Below are positions 9,379 to 19,238 of a stretch of DNA of 64,000 nt, piece by piece (position 1 is the first letter of the stretch; every line of letters starts with the position of its first letter). The stretch covers positions 8,530 through 72,529 of the forward strand of contig JBBTSE010000002.1 in assembly GCA_038064855.1 (NCBI GenBank). The letters run 5' to 3'. Both the position numbers and the translations under genes were made by a program. Source of the DNA: Patescibacteria group bacterium. GTDB taxonomy: Bacteria > Patescibacteriota > Minisyncoccia > Ryanbacterales > GWA2-47-10b. The notes beneath the pieces are model-generated. The model was not told where the DNA came from and made no database searches. It worked only from the letters and a program-made list of their open reading frames with translations.

Positions 9379-12300
9379 TTACGGCACGACGGTCAGCGGG
9401 CCGCTGGCGCAGACTGTCCCCGATGCCGTGCGGTAGTTGCAAACGCGGAGGGTGTACGTCCCCGCGGTCACGATCACGGAACCGCCAACGGTCAACTGGC
9501 CGATCGTACCGACGGGGCGTGTGTTCAGATCGGGTCGCGGTATCGGTGTGCCGTTCACATCCCACTGCAGGCTTAAGGCACCCTGGTTGTCCGAGTCTCC
9601 GAATACGAACCCGCTCCCGTTCACGCGGACATCATAGCCATTGAAGAGATTGCATGTCTGGCCGGCACGGCAGGTACCCGTGATCGATGAGATGACGGGC
9701 GATGGTTGATAGACCGCGAACTGGACGGTGTTGCTCCGCTGGCCGTTGGAGAAACTGGGCACGGGGTTATAGAGCTGGACAAAGTAGGTTCCTGGCCTCT
9801 CCGGGAATCCGACGCCGGAGCCCTCACCGAACGAATCGACATGGTAGGTCGCGAGTGTGCTGCTCGCAGGTGTTGCTCGAAGGCTCCCAAGCCCTGGCGG
9901 ATCAGAAGCACCCCACAAGAGATACAGGATCCCGGTACTGAAGTTCTGACCCGTGAATGAAAGATCGACAGCCCCCGTATTGAGCGTCACAGATGAAGGC
10001 GTGAAGTTATTGATTGCTGGCACGGGGAGCGCGGCGGTCGGTGTCGGTGAAGGGGTCGCTGTTGGGCTTGGAGTGATGCAGGCGAATTTCTGGATCCGAT
10101 CGATATCTGCGACATAGACATTGCTGGCAGAGTCAACGGCCACGCCGGTCGGTCCCCTGAACTCACCGCCGCCAGAGCCAGACATCCCCCATTGACCGAT
10201 GAATGTGCCGCTCTGGCTGAACTTCTGGATGCGACGGTTGGTAGTGTCGGCGACGTACACGTTACCACCATCGATCCGTACATCCTCCGGCCCCATGAGT
10301 TCGCCGACACCACTGCCCCCAGGTCCTCCCCACTTCGTGAGAAAAAATCCACCTGAACTAAATTTCTGGATGCGATTGTTCCCCGTATCGGCAACGTACA
10401 GGTTGCCTGTTGCATCCACCGCTACGGCGCGTGGTTGCAACAGCTCGCCGTCGAGACTTCCGACAGTCCCGATCTTCCCCACGAAGCCGCCGTTACCATC
10501 AAATATTTGGATTCTATGATTGTTTCGATCAGCTACATAGACCTTACCGCTAGTATCGAGAGCGACACCCGTGGGCTGATCGAATTGCCCATCGCCGGTA
10601 CCCCGCGTACCCCATACGAGCACGAATGTACCGGCAGTCGTGAACTTGTGAATGCGGTGATTCAGCCTATCGGTGACATACACATGCGTGCCATCAGTAG
10701 CGACGCCCGAAGGCGTGTCGAACTGTCCGTCACCCGCGCCGTAGCTTCCCCAACTACCAAGAAAGACCCCGTCGCTCGTGAATTTCTGTACGCGAAAGTT
10801 CTCCCTCTCGGTGACATACACGTTGTCGGCGGCGTCAACGGCGAGATGGTAGGCGCCGTTGAGCTGCCCATCCCCAGAACCAAGAGTTCCCCACTTGGTC
10901 ACAAATGTGTACTGGCACCCAGCGGTCGCTGTTGGGGTCGGCGTCGGAGAAGGAGGAGGTGTCGTGTAGAAGACCCGTGCCTGCACATAGTCCGCACGGC
11001 AGGTGTTGGTAGGCGTCGTGCCACGAGCCCAGCACCACATCCGTACGCGGAAGTTCAAGTCCGAAATCTCTCCCGGCGACCAGCTTCGTCCCCAGGTGTC
11101 GGTTGACCCACCGATCGTCCAGGTGCCACGACCACCAGAGAGACCACTCCCTCGGCAGTTGGGCGTCCCAGGTGTGGTGCTCACACATTCGCCGCCGCCT
11201 TCCGGATCAGGATTCACCATGTAAGCCGGAATGAACGAGCTACCGCCGTCGTACGACAGATCAGTGAAGATGTCGTCGAAGTAGTTACCTACGCCTACGT
11301 GTCCTTCAATCTGAACCTCGATACCGGTGACGGTTGCATCAGAGGGGAGTGAGAAGCCGAATCCGCCTACTTGGTGAGTTGGCCGCACGCTGCCAACCTT
11401 CATGCCGACTGCATCGAGATCATCGTCGGCGAAGAGGTTCTGGCCGTCGACCCAACCACCCGTCTGACTGCCGCCCAAGAGAAAACCCGTGTCAGTTGAG
11501 ACCGGGCTTGGCGTGTTTGTTGGAACTGGCGTTGGGCTGGGACTGGCGAGAGCGGGAGGTAGGCACACAAGGACGATGGTGTCCGTATCCTTCTGGCCAT
11601 CAATCCCAACCGTGCGGAGCTTGAAGGCCCGCGATGCTTTCTTGGGACCGTTCCGGCTCGACTTCAAGCGTACCCGAAGATCGACATCGCTCGTGTAGAG
11701 TGAGCCGATGAAGGGCAGGGCACCAACACCTGCAAGAGCATCGAGGAGCCCCATCCGGTTCATGGCGTCGTCCGCGTTCTTCTCCGAATCCTTCTCGCTT
11801 GGTTTCAAGAGTTCGTAGGACGCGATGCCCGGAGACACGCATGCGGGTAGCCGTAGGTCCTGGTGGTTGAAGATCAGCCGCGTGTTGAAGGTGCAGGCGC
11901 CATCAGCCGCGCCATCGAGATCGCACGCGGCACCGTCAGTGCAGGGCTGCTTCGACTTTGGCACACACTTGCGTGAGTCGAGTAGTAGCTCACCCGCAAG
12001 AGAAAACTCGCCGAAGCAGTCGGTCTTGGCAGAGCCGCCGCCCATCACGAGTGACTTGTCAGAGGCAGAACCGCACGAAAGGAGTCCTTTCAAGACATCA
12101 ATGTCGCCCTTGTCGATGACGCCGTTGCCGTTCAAGTCTCGCGGATCTTCGGGGTTTGCAGGGCGGCCGAGGGCGTCGCGGATGATTTTCTCATCTTTCG
12201 CATCAATACGGGTATCATCGGTCAAGTCACCACGGAACCGCGGCAGGCCGACTTCCAGCCGAATAATTCGTTGAGTACCACCCGGGAGATATACGAGGAG

Positions 12301-12897
12301 GCTGGCGACCCCGTAATCAATACCTGTAATTACAAACCGGGTCTTGCCTTGGCTTTCCTCACGTCGCACTGTGGCAACGCTCGGGTGAGCGGTCTCGATG
12401 AGGCTTTCCTGTAGGCCAGTTACATCAATGTCGACACCTTCGACGTAGGCATGAAGGGAAAGACTCTCTTCCTCGGCTGGGCGGACCGCCATCAGCTCCG
12501 GCACCTCAATTGCAGACCCATAGTCGAAATCGGGAAGCACTAATATCTCGACGCTATCGCGTAACACCGTCGTGCCAACTCGTCCGGCAATCCTCAGTGT
12601 AACGGGCCCGACGACGTCTGCAGGTAGCGGGAGCTGGATCATTCCGGAACCACCTGAGGCCCGGCCCGCCCCGCCGGGTACCGTCGCGACTAGCCCATCG
12701 AAGGTCACCCCGTGCGTATCTACCAGCACACTCACAATGTCGCCCCGCTGGAATTGCTCGCCAGGTGCGGGGCTAGTGATTTCGAGCATTGGGTCAGCCG
12801 CGGCTCGCCCAATCACGAGGAGCAAGACCGCAACCGTAACCACGACGATCGCAGTCGCTAGTAATGCCAACCGATTCATATACCAGGACATTATCAT
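9379..12897 (-). CDS. Large secreted multidomain protein: Ig-like, dockerin/EF-hand-like, Cys-rich domain, NHL beta-propeller, IPT-like domains
   Basis: DLNGNGVIDKGD; six NHL repeats (P.GVAVD..GNVYVAD..N.RIQKF); PT linkers. Confidence 0.88.
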   Translation of the reverse strand: MIMSWYMNRLALLATAIVVVTVAVLLLVIGRAAADPMLEITSPAPGEQFQRGDIVSVLVDTHGVTFDGLVATVPGGAGRASGGSGMIQLPLPADVVGPVTLRIAGRVGTTVLRDSVEILVLPDFDYGSAIEVPELMAVRPAEEESLSLHAYVEGVDIDVTGLQESLIETAHPSVATVRREESQGKTRFVITGIDYGVASLLVYLPGGTQRIIRLEVGLPRFRGDLTDDTRIDAKDEKIIRDALGRPANPEDPRDLNGNGVIDKGDIDVLKGLLSCGSASDKSLVMGGGSAKTDCFGEFSLAGELLLDSRKCVPKSKQPCTDGAACDLDGAADGACTFNTRLIFNHQDLRLPACVSPGIASYELLKPSEKDSEKNADDAMNRMGLLDALAGVGALPFIGSLYTSDVDLRVRLKSSRNGPKKASRAFKLRTVGIDGQKDTDTIVLVCLPPALASPSPTPVPTNTPSPVSTDTGFLLGGSQTGGWVDGQNLFADDDLDAVGMKVGSVRPTHQVGGFGFSLPSDATVTGIEVQIEGHVGVGNYFDDIFTDLSYDGGSSFIPAYMVNPDPEGGGECVSTTPGTPNCRGSGLSGGRGTWTIGGSTDTWGRSWSPGEISDLNFRVRMWCWARGTTPTNTCRADYVQARVFYTTPPPSPTPTPTATAGCQYTFVTKWGTLGSGDGQLNGAYHLAVDAADNVYVTERENFRVQKFTSDGVFLGSWGSYGAGDGQFDTPSGVATDGTHVYVTDRLNHRIHKFTTAGTFVLVWGTRGTGDGQFDQPTGVALDTSGKVYVADRNNHRIQIFDGNGGFVGKIGTVGSLDGELLQPRAVAVDATGNLYVADTGNNRIQKFSSGGFFLTKWGGPGGSGVGELMGPEDVRIDGGNVYVADTTNRRIQKFSQSGTFIGQWGMSGSGGGEFRGPTGVAVDSASNVYVADIDRIQKFACITPSPTATPSPTPTAALPVPAINNFTPSSVTLNTGAVDLSFTGQNFSTGILYLLWGASDPPGLGSLRATPASSTLATYHVDSFGEGSGVGFPERPGTYFVQLYNPVPSFSNGQRSNTVQFAVYQPSPVISSITGTCRAGQTCNLFNGYDVRVNGSGFVFGDSDNQGALSLQWDVNGTPIPRPDLNTRPVGTIGQLTVGGSVIVTAGTYTLRVCNYRTASGTVCASGPLTVVP

Positions 12898-12923
12898 GTT
12901 AATATTCTAGCACGATACTTTGC

Positions 12924-15900
12924 CTAGGGTTGTGGACTACTCGGGGGCACTCTAACAAACTGATCGACTACACCATCGAGCAAGTTAGCGATCTCGGCCG
13001 GAAGTTGCGGTCGCGAAAGGATTGATCGTGATGGAAATGGGGCATCCGGTATCCCGCAGTAGCCGACGGTGCCAGAGTAAACCTCCTGGATATCTCGCTG
13101 GAGTCTAAGATATCTCGCCAAAACAGTCGCGTCTGTGTGCAGATAGGGGCCGACTCCGGTCACCTGAGAGCCGGCTTGTGATAGCGTCTGACTCTGAATC
13201 GGCGACACGAGGTCCGTCAGGACCGCGGGGGAGCCCAAGAGCTGCGCCCCACCACTCGGCGGGCTCCATGCCACCGTACAGAAGGGCGGGGTCACAGGGA
13301 GATCCTGCAAATAGTCGGCGAGATGACAGAGGGCAGCATCCAGGCTGTTGGCATCATCCGCTGACGATGATGCAGAAACAAAATGCGTAGGTATCGAACC
13401 CGGCCGTGAGTTAAGCGTACGGAGGGCATCATTGGATGGGCAATCCGAAACCGGGCAGAGGTTCGCGACAGCTCCGTGGTGAGCCTGCCGAAGGTAGTTA
13501 CGCAGATCGTCATCGTCGTCAGAGAACCGAAGAACCGTGTCAACGATGCCGGCGACATCCGTCGAATACTCGAAGGGACAGGATACTATTGCGGACGCGA
13601 AGTCGAGGCCGACGGTGGCCCAGCGTGTGCCCTCGTGCGGTGTGTCGATGCTGACGAGCCTACGAACATCGCCCGCGAGAAAGTTCGACGGTCGCCTATA
13701 GAGGCCTCCAAGATGTTGATTTAATGCTTCAACACAGTCCTGAAAAAGGCCTGGAACCGGTTGGCAGAGTGGAAGAGTCCGAGTAGCCAGGGCACCCATA
13801 CTGTGTGCGACGACGTCGAGTTGGATCGCGACCGCATCGTTGTCGACTCCGAATCGATTGAGGCAGCCTCGAAGATCGCGAGCGATCTCGCCGGCGACAG
13901 TGGCGAAGGACGCGAATTGACTACCGGTGTAATCAGCTACGCAGTAGTAGTGCTTGTGAGGAGGCCGAATCGCAGGGGGAAAAGTCAGGTGAACGCTCGA
14001 ATCTGGGGGCGAGGCGGAGTTCAGGAATGACCGCCAAGTGTTTCTGCTGCCGCCGAAGCCATGCACGAGAAGAACAGGCGGCCGTAGAAGTCGCACGACT
14101 CGTTCAGGTGAGCTGCAAGGTTGATGAGGTGAAGACGGTGGATCTGGAGTAAACTGAATTGTATAGGGATAGGAACGGTCTCGAGTGGTGTCGTCCCCAA
14201 AATGATCGGGACTCTTGACGATGAAGTAGCCCAGGTGGCGAGTGACCGAGGCAGCGTTCTTTACTTCGGTCGTGCGTACCGATTGGCTGCAGGGATTTTG
14301 TGAAACAGCGCCCGCAAGGGTGTGGATGGATGGATTAAGGGAATTGGCAGGACAGTCGATTGAGAAGGTGATATCGCCCGGTTGCTGGGTCTCAAAAACA
14401 AAAAGGAGACGAGATACTCCGTCGCTGGCAAGCGCAGTTGGGTGCCATGCATAGTACGGAAGTCTAGAGGTAATTGAGGAGATATCTGAATTGACGAGTC
14501 CGGCGGAAGTCGCAAAGGATGAAGCGTCGTAGGTTATTACTTGCACAGAGTTGCAGGTAGATGTGGACGGTGAGCAACGGGGATCTAGGTCGTCGATAAA
14601 GTCGTTGCAGTCGTCGTCAGCGCCATTGGTGCAGGTGGGGTCACCCACGGGACCTTCAATGCCCGGTGGTGCGGGATAGTAACGGCAGGAATCGCCGACG
14701 CAGCGGTCGAGCGTGCATCCGTCCGCATCCTCGCAGTCGCCATTCAGCGCGCAGTCAGCAGAACCACCAATGCAGGCACAGGATGCGTTGCAGGTTTGGC
14801 CGGTTGAGCAATCGGACGGGGAGCCGTCACATTCTTCGTTGCAGCCGGCCTGGATGACATCGTCGCCGCAGTGAGGACCGCCCGCGCACACGCCGGCGGT
14901 GCAGCGGTCGTTGATCGTGCACGGGTCGGGGTCGGTGCAGCTGGTGTTGTTGGGGCGGGACTGTCTTTGGCAAGCGTGTGTAATGAGATTACAGACACCC
15001 GTGTTGCAGTCGTTGGCTAAGCTGGTGCACTGGGTATCGCTGGTGCAGCCGAGTATTTCGCACGCACCGCAGTCGCTTGCGCGGCACGTCTGGCCGCCGG
15101 CACAGCTTGACGGCAATCCGGTGTCACAGGCCTCCGTACCACAGACCCTTCCGTCGCCACACGAGACGGGACGGGGCTGTTGGACACATTGGTCGTTCGA
15201 TTCATTGCAGACACCCGTGTTGCATAGATCAGTCTGAGCGCTGCAATCTCTGGCCGTTCCGCCGACGCAGGTGCCGGCACCGTTGCACGCGTCGTTGATC
15301 GTACAGAACTGTGTATCGTCGCATGAGACGGTGTTGTTCGCTGTGACGCATTGCGCAGTGCTCGGGTTACAGGAGTCATTCGTGCAGGAGTTACCATCGT
15401 TGCAGCTCGTATGGCCGGGATCACTGCACGAACAACCGGCCGAATCGACAACCTGACCAGAGGAAGTCCCCGGACACGAGTCGCTCGCATCCGGAACACT
15501 GTCGCCATCGGCATCCGGAGGTACCCCACCTTGGCAGGTGCATGAAGCGGTGCAGGTCTGGCCGGCCGAGCAGCCGACTGGTGATCCATCACACTGCTCG
15601 CTACCTTCCTTGGTGTTGTTCCCGCAGGTTGTGATTAGCCAGTGTCCGTTGGTGCTCCAACCGGTCCCAGGGGACCCGGAGAGTTGCCACCAGAGGTTCT
15701 GCCCGATGTTCGTTCCCGCGTCGGCGCAGGTCGGTCCGCCGACAACGGTCATCTGTGTACCCGACGGCATCGTCGCCACGAGTGTTCCGGTGACACCTGC
15801 CGGATTGCGCAACCGTAAGTTGTGGCCATCGGCTGTGACGCTTACTGTGATCCCGATCGAGGGAAATGGTGTGAGCCATTCGGCGACCGCACTCCAGCCC

Positions 15901-16205
15901 TCGCGGTTCTGGTCGTCGCGCACCTGCCACCACCGAAAACCATCTGGCGTTACCGTGACGCCGTCACCGATTACCTGGAGGAAGTCGAGTGGTGGGTTTG
16001 TCCCGATCTCTGAGGAGGCAACCCCGGGCCCGTTCCTGAGTTTCAGGCCCGTCCCGCAGGTGTTGACGATCTGGACCTGCTGTCCGACCGAGATGGCAAG
16101 TGCCGGTGTCGCGTGAGCGAGAACCACTGCCGAAAGGAGAATGCTGGCTCCGCGGCACGCTCTCCGTGCCCACAGTCTGGACCAAGTCGCAGGCGTCTCC
16201 GCCAT
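12924..16205 (-). CDS. Secreted protein: two SH3b domains, Cys-rich repeats, alpha/beta-hydrolase (lipase/PGAP1-like)
   Basis: LKLRNGPG/LRLRNPAG..GW SH3b; CNDGNSCTNDSC repeats; PVLLVHGF, VVAHSMG, TPHEGT. Confidence 0.88.
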   Translation of the reverse strand: MAETPATWSRLWARRACRGASILLSAVVLAHATPALAISVGQQVQIVNTCGTGLKLRNGPGVASSEIGTNPPLDFLQVIGDGVTVTPDGFRWWQVRDDQNREGWSAVAEWLTPFPSIGITVSVTADGHNLRLRNPAGVTGTLVATMPSGTQMTVVGGPTCADAGTNIGQNLWWQLSGSPGTGWSTNGHWLITTCGNNTKEGSEQCDGSPVGCSAGQTCTASCTCQGGVPPDADGDSVPDASDSCPGTSSGQVVDSAGCSCSDPGHTSCNDGNSCTNDSCNPSTAQCVTANNTVSCDDTQFCTINDACNGAGTCVGGTARDCSAQTDLCNTGVCNESNDQCVQQPRPVSCGDGRVCGTEACDTGLPSSCAGGQTCRASDCGACEILGCTSDTQCTSLANDCNTGVCNLITHACQRQSRPNNTSCTDPDPCTINDRCTAGVCAGGPHCGDDVIQAGCNEECDGSPSDCSTGQTCNASCACIGGSADCALNGDCEDADGCTLDRCVGDSCRYYPAPPGIEGPVGDPTCTNGADDDCNDFIDDLDPRCSPSTSTCNSVQVITYDASSFATSAGLVNSDISSITSRLPYYAWHPTALASDGVSRLLFVFETQQPGDITFSIDCPANSLNPSIHTLAGAVSQNPCSQSVRTTEVKNAASVTRHLGYFIVKSPDHFGDDTTRDRSYPYTIQFTPDPPSSPHQPCSSPERVVRLLRPPVLLVHGFGGSRNTWRSFLNSASPPDSSVHLTFPPAIRPPHKHYYCVADYTGSQFASFATVAGEIARDLRGCLNRFGVDNDAVAIQLDVVAHSMGALATRTLPLCQPVPGLFQDCVEALNQHLGGLYRRPSNFLAGDVRRLVSIDTPHEGTRWATVGLDFASAIVSCPFEYSTDVAGIVDTVLRFSDDDDDLRNYLRQAHHGAVANLCPVSDCPSNDALRTLNSRPGSIPTHFVSASSSADDANSLDAALCHLADYLQDLPVTPPFCTVAWSPPSGGAQLLGSPAVLTDLVSPIQSQTLSQAGSQVTGVGPYLHTDATVLARYLRLQRDIQEVYSGTVGYCGIPDAPFPSRSILSRPQLPAEIANLLDGVVDQFVRVPPSSPQP

Positions 16206-16314
16206 CTCCCCTCCGTCAGGTTGTCCCCGGTGCCGAGCACCAAGAGCTAGACCGGCCGGAACGCAAAAGTCAACCAGTACCGTCACCTACACCAAATGGT
16301 GTATCTCGCTCGGG

Positions 16315-17538
16315 GTGGCGGAACCGAAAGACGAACGGTCAGCCAGGCGGCGCTCTCATGCGCCGCACCCTCGCGATCTTCACCTGACCGATCTGGTCGG
16401 TCAGATCTACGAGGCCGTGGGAACCAGCGATGGCTGGGGTGTCTTCTTGGGCGGCCTTGCCGGAAGGATGCGCAGCGTAGCCCCGGCCCTCAACCTGACC
16501 GGCAAGGAACGTGACGCCGGTACGCTCTGGATCGCCCCTGGTCAGGACGACGAAGAGACGCGGCGCGTCTACGACACCTACTACCTCGCCCGTGATCCGA
16601 GGCGCCCCAAAATCCAGGAGACACCTGCCGGCGGAACCTTCATCGGCAACAGGGTCTTCCTCGATCGCGAGCTTGTCCGAAGCGAGTTTTTCAACGACTT
16701 CCTCCGGCCCCGAGACTTCTTCCACATCATGGGAGGAGTTCCCATCAAAGAGCCCGAACGGATGGCGGTGATCCGCCTCATTCGGCCGAGGAAGGCGCCA
16801 CCTTTCGGGAATCAAGAGCTTCGGCTCCTCAGAGTCGTCATGCCGCACCTCACCCGAGCCCTCCACCTCCACTGCGAGATTGCTCGCGTCGCGGACGCGC
16901 GAGACAGCGCTCACGAGGTGCTCGACCGGTTTCGGACGGGAGTCATCCTGCTCGATCGTGAGGGCAAGGTCATCACCGCAAACCTCCAGGCCCGTGCGAT
17001 CCTCGATCGCAGCGATGGTCTGTTGGTGAAGGACGCCACTCTCACTGCGGAGAGCACCGCTGCGAGAAGCGAGCTTGCCTCGACGGTCGCAGGGGTGCAG
17101 GCGCCCGACGGCAACGAGTCTGCGTCGCTTCGCATCCCGCGCTCCTCGGGGAAGAGACCGCTCGGGCTCCTCATCGCGCGGCTTCGAGGCAGACTTCTCG
17201 GCGACATCTCGAATCGAGCAGCGGTCGTTGTCTTCGTGAGCGATCCCGACGAGCAACGAGTGGCGCCGATCGACTTCGTCCGGCAGTCGCTCGGTCTCAC
17301 CAAGGCCCAGGCTCGTCTCGTTGTTTCGCTCGCTGCCGGCGGACGCCTGAAGGACATCGCCGAGAAGCTCGGCATCACCTATGCGACTGCACGCAGGGAG
17401 CTCTTCGACGCGTTCAAGAGAACCGGGGTGCACCGGCAGAAAGATCTGATCGGGCTCGTGGTATCGAGCGTCGGCTCGGTCATGCAACATGCGGACCTCG
17501 AGGTCGTCGGTGGTAGCGGCCATCGCCGATCTTCGTGA
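16315..17538 (+). CDS. GAF/PAS sensor with LuxR-type HTH transcriptional regulator
   Basis: SEFFNDFLRP, PHLTRAL, GVILLDREG..AN, GLTKAQARL..DIAEKLGIT..KRTGVHRQ. Confidence 0.85.
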   Translation: MAEPKDERSARRRSHAPHPRDLHLTDLVGQIYEAVGTSDGWGVFLGGLAGRMRSVAPALNLTGKERDAGTLWIAPGQDDEETRRVYDTYYLARDPRRPKIQETPAGGTFIGNRVFLDRELVRSEFFNDFLRPRDFFHIMGGVPIKEPERMAVIRLIRPRKAPPFGNQELRLLRVVMPHLTRALHLHCEIARVADARDSAHEVLDRFRTGVILLDREGKVITANLQARAILDRSDGLLVKDATLTAESTAARSELASTVAGVQAPDGNESASLRIPRSSGKRPLGLLIARLRGRLLGDISNRAAVVVFVSDPDEQRVAPIDFVRQSLGLTKAQARLVVSLAAGGRLKDIAEKLGITYATARRELFDAFKRTGVHRQKDLIGLVVSSVGSVMQHADLEVVGGSGHRRSS

Positions 17539-17917
17539 TCGCCTTCCCGCGAGACCAGCGCGCGACGGCCATGACCGCGGCTCTCGGATTGCGCGAGAGG
17601 GCAGGGATCCTCTTCTGGATTTCTGCGAGCGTGAACTCGTTCGGCAGTCCCGCGAGCACCTTGTCCCAGTCGATGCCGGAGGGCTGATTCCGCTTGCGGA
17701 CGACCTTCCTCGTTCGGGAGGACCGAGCCGGAGACCGAACGCGCACGCCCTGGGGCTGCCCTCGGCCAATACCGGAGAGTGCCGCGGTCCACTTCAGAGC
17801 TTCTTGTCGGAGACCCGAGAGGTGATTCTCCACGTCGGCGATCTCTCGGCGTATCAGGTCGAGCGTACGGTCGACCTGTCTGCGCAGGTTCCCGAAGATG
17901 TCGCGCTGTCTCGGCAT
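17480..17917 (-). CDS. Hypothetical coiled-coil/basic DNA-binding-like protein
   Basis: RBS GGAGG before MPRQRDIF; N-terminal coiled coil, C-terminal wHTH-like segment. Confidence 0.65.
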   Translation of the reverse strand: MPRQRDIFGNLRRQVDRTLDLIRREIADVENHLSGLRQEALKWTAALSGIGRGQPQGVRVRSPARSSRTRKVVRKRNQPSGIDWDKVLAGLPNEFTLAEIQKRIPALSRNPRAAVMAVARWSRGKAITKIGDGRYHRRPRGPHVA

Positions 17918-18034
17918 GTCCCCTCCTGTTTGGCAGGCGAGAAGAACTGAAACGGGCGGCAACGTCAACGACAGCGCGGGTTGGATGCCGAAAAGAAAAG
18001 AGCCAGCTCCCTTTGGAAGCTGGCTCGTATCGTT

Positions 18035-18469
18035 TCAGAACCTTCCCGTGTCCACGAACGAGACATAGCGGTCATCGCCGATCACGACATGGTCGAGAAT
18101 GCGGATGCCGAGGAGGTCTCCGGCCTCTTTGAGGCGGCGGGTGAGCGCAACGTCCTCGGCGGACGGCTCGGGATCTCCCGACGGGTGATTGTGAACGAGG
18201 ATGAGGGTGGCAGCATTCGCGATGATCGCCGCCTTGAACACCTCGCGCGGATGGACGAGCGACGCGGTCAGCGACCCGACCGACACCGTGTTGAAGCCCA
18301 TCACGCGACCCTTGCCGTCGAGGAGCACGGCGATGAACTCCTCGCGGTCGAGCTTCAGGAAGCGGTCACGGAAGGTGCGGAAGATCTGCTCGGAGCCGGC
18401 AACCGGCGAGCCGGCCAGACCGTAGCCGCCTCGCCGCTCTCGGACGACCTTGAGCTCCCACATGGTCAA
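18035..18469 (-). CDS. radC: RadC-like JAB domain protein
   Basis: VHPREVFK, HNHPSGDPEPSAED, ILDHVVIG. Confidence 0.95.
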   Translation of the reverse strand: MTMWELKVVRERRGGYGLAGSPVAGSEQIFRTFRDRFLKLDREEFIAVLLDGKGRVMGFNTVSVGSLTASLVHPREVFKAAIIANAATLILVHNHPSGDPEPSAEDVALTRRLKEAGDLLGIRILDHVVIGDDRYVSFVDTGRF

Positions 18470-18846
18470 TCCTCCCCGGGGAGCATGATCGTGGCGACCG
18501 GTTCGCCTTCATCGCCAGGTCCGACATGGAGGATCATCTCCACAACCTCGGCGTCGATGAGGACCGAGAACGAGACAGAGCTGTCGTCGGGCCGTTTGCG
18601 GGCGGCGAGTGAGGACATCCACAGAACGTCGTGGGCTCTGCCGCGGGTGTCCTCGTGACTGTCCGCGGGCGCTTGGACGAGAGCCCAGACGGCGGCCGTC
18701 ATGGCGACCGGAATCCGGAATCCACCCATCATCTCGCGGGTGCTTGCCCACTCGGTCATGTCGACGAGCACGCCATCCTCGATCGCCTGACCGCGCGTGT
18801 AGCGGTGGACGACATCGGCGTCCGAAAAGAACTTTTCCATGGTCAC
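18466..18846 (-). CDS. DUF6573-like mobile-element protein
   Basis: YTRGQAIEDGVLVD, GRAHDVLW, GPGDEGEPVATIMLPGED. Confidence 0.8.
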   Translation of the reverse strand: MTMEKFFSDADVVHRYTRGQAIEDGVLVDMTEWASTREMMGGFRIPVAMTAAVWALVQAPADSHEDTRGRAHDVLWMSSLAARKRPDDSSVSFSVLIDAEVVEMILHVGPGDEGEPVATIMLPGED

Positions 18847-18978
18847 CCCTCGGGTGACTGTTCAGAGAGAGGAATCTCCCCCCGGGAGGTCTCGTCAAAG
18901 AACTCCCCGGGAGAGGTCTGCGAAAATGCAGACCGGATCGGGTGAAAGGTGATAGCGACAGTCGCGTCTCTTCCATCA

Positions 18979-19211
18979 ACACAGAGGAGGACTCGCCGAT
19001 GCGCAGGTTTCTTGTTGGATCGATCGTGACTGTCGTTCTCGGATATTCAGCCTTCCCGCTGCAGGGGAGCACGCAAGCGGAGATCGCACCCGTCGTTCCT
19101 GATATCGTCGAGAGGAGCGGCTGCTGCTCATGGCACGGCGGCGTCTGCGGTTGCGACTCTGGGCGCGCCGTGTGTTGCGACGGTATGCTCAGCCCGTCGT
19201 GCGGCTGCTGA
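18979..19211 (+). CDS. Small secreted Cys-rich protein
   Basis: RBS GAGGAGG; signal peptide; RSGCCSWHGGVCGC..CCDG.LSPSCGC. Confidence 0.75.
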
Positions 19212-19238
19212 TGGCGCGGTGACCGGCCATCTCGGAAT

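Noticed and set aside
16339-17769. 476-aa minus-strand ORF and similar long overlapping ORFs in the island
   Set aside because: High-GC antisense shadows of recognisable genes
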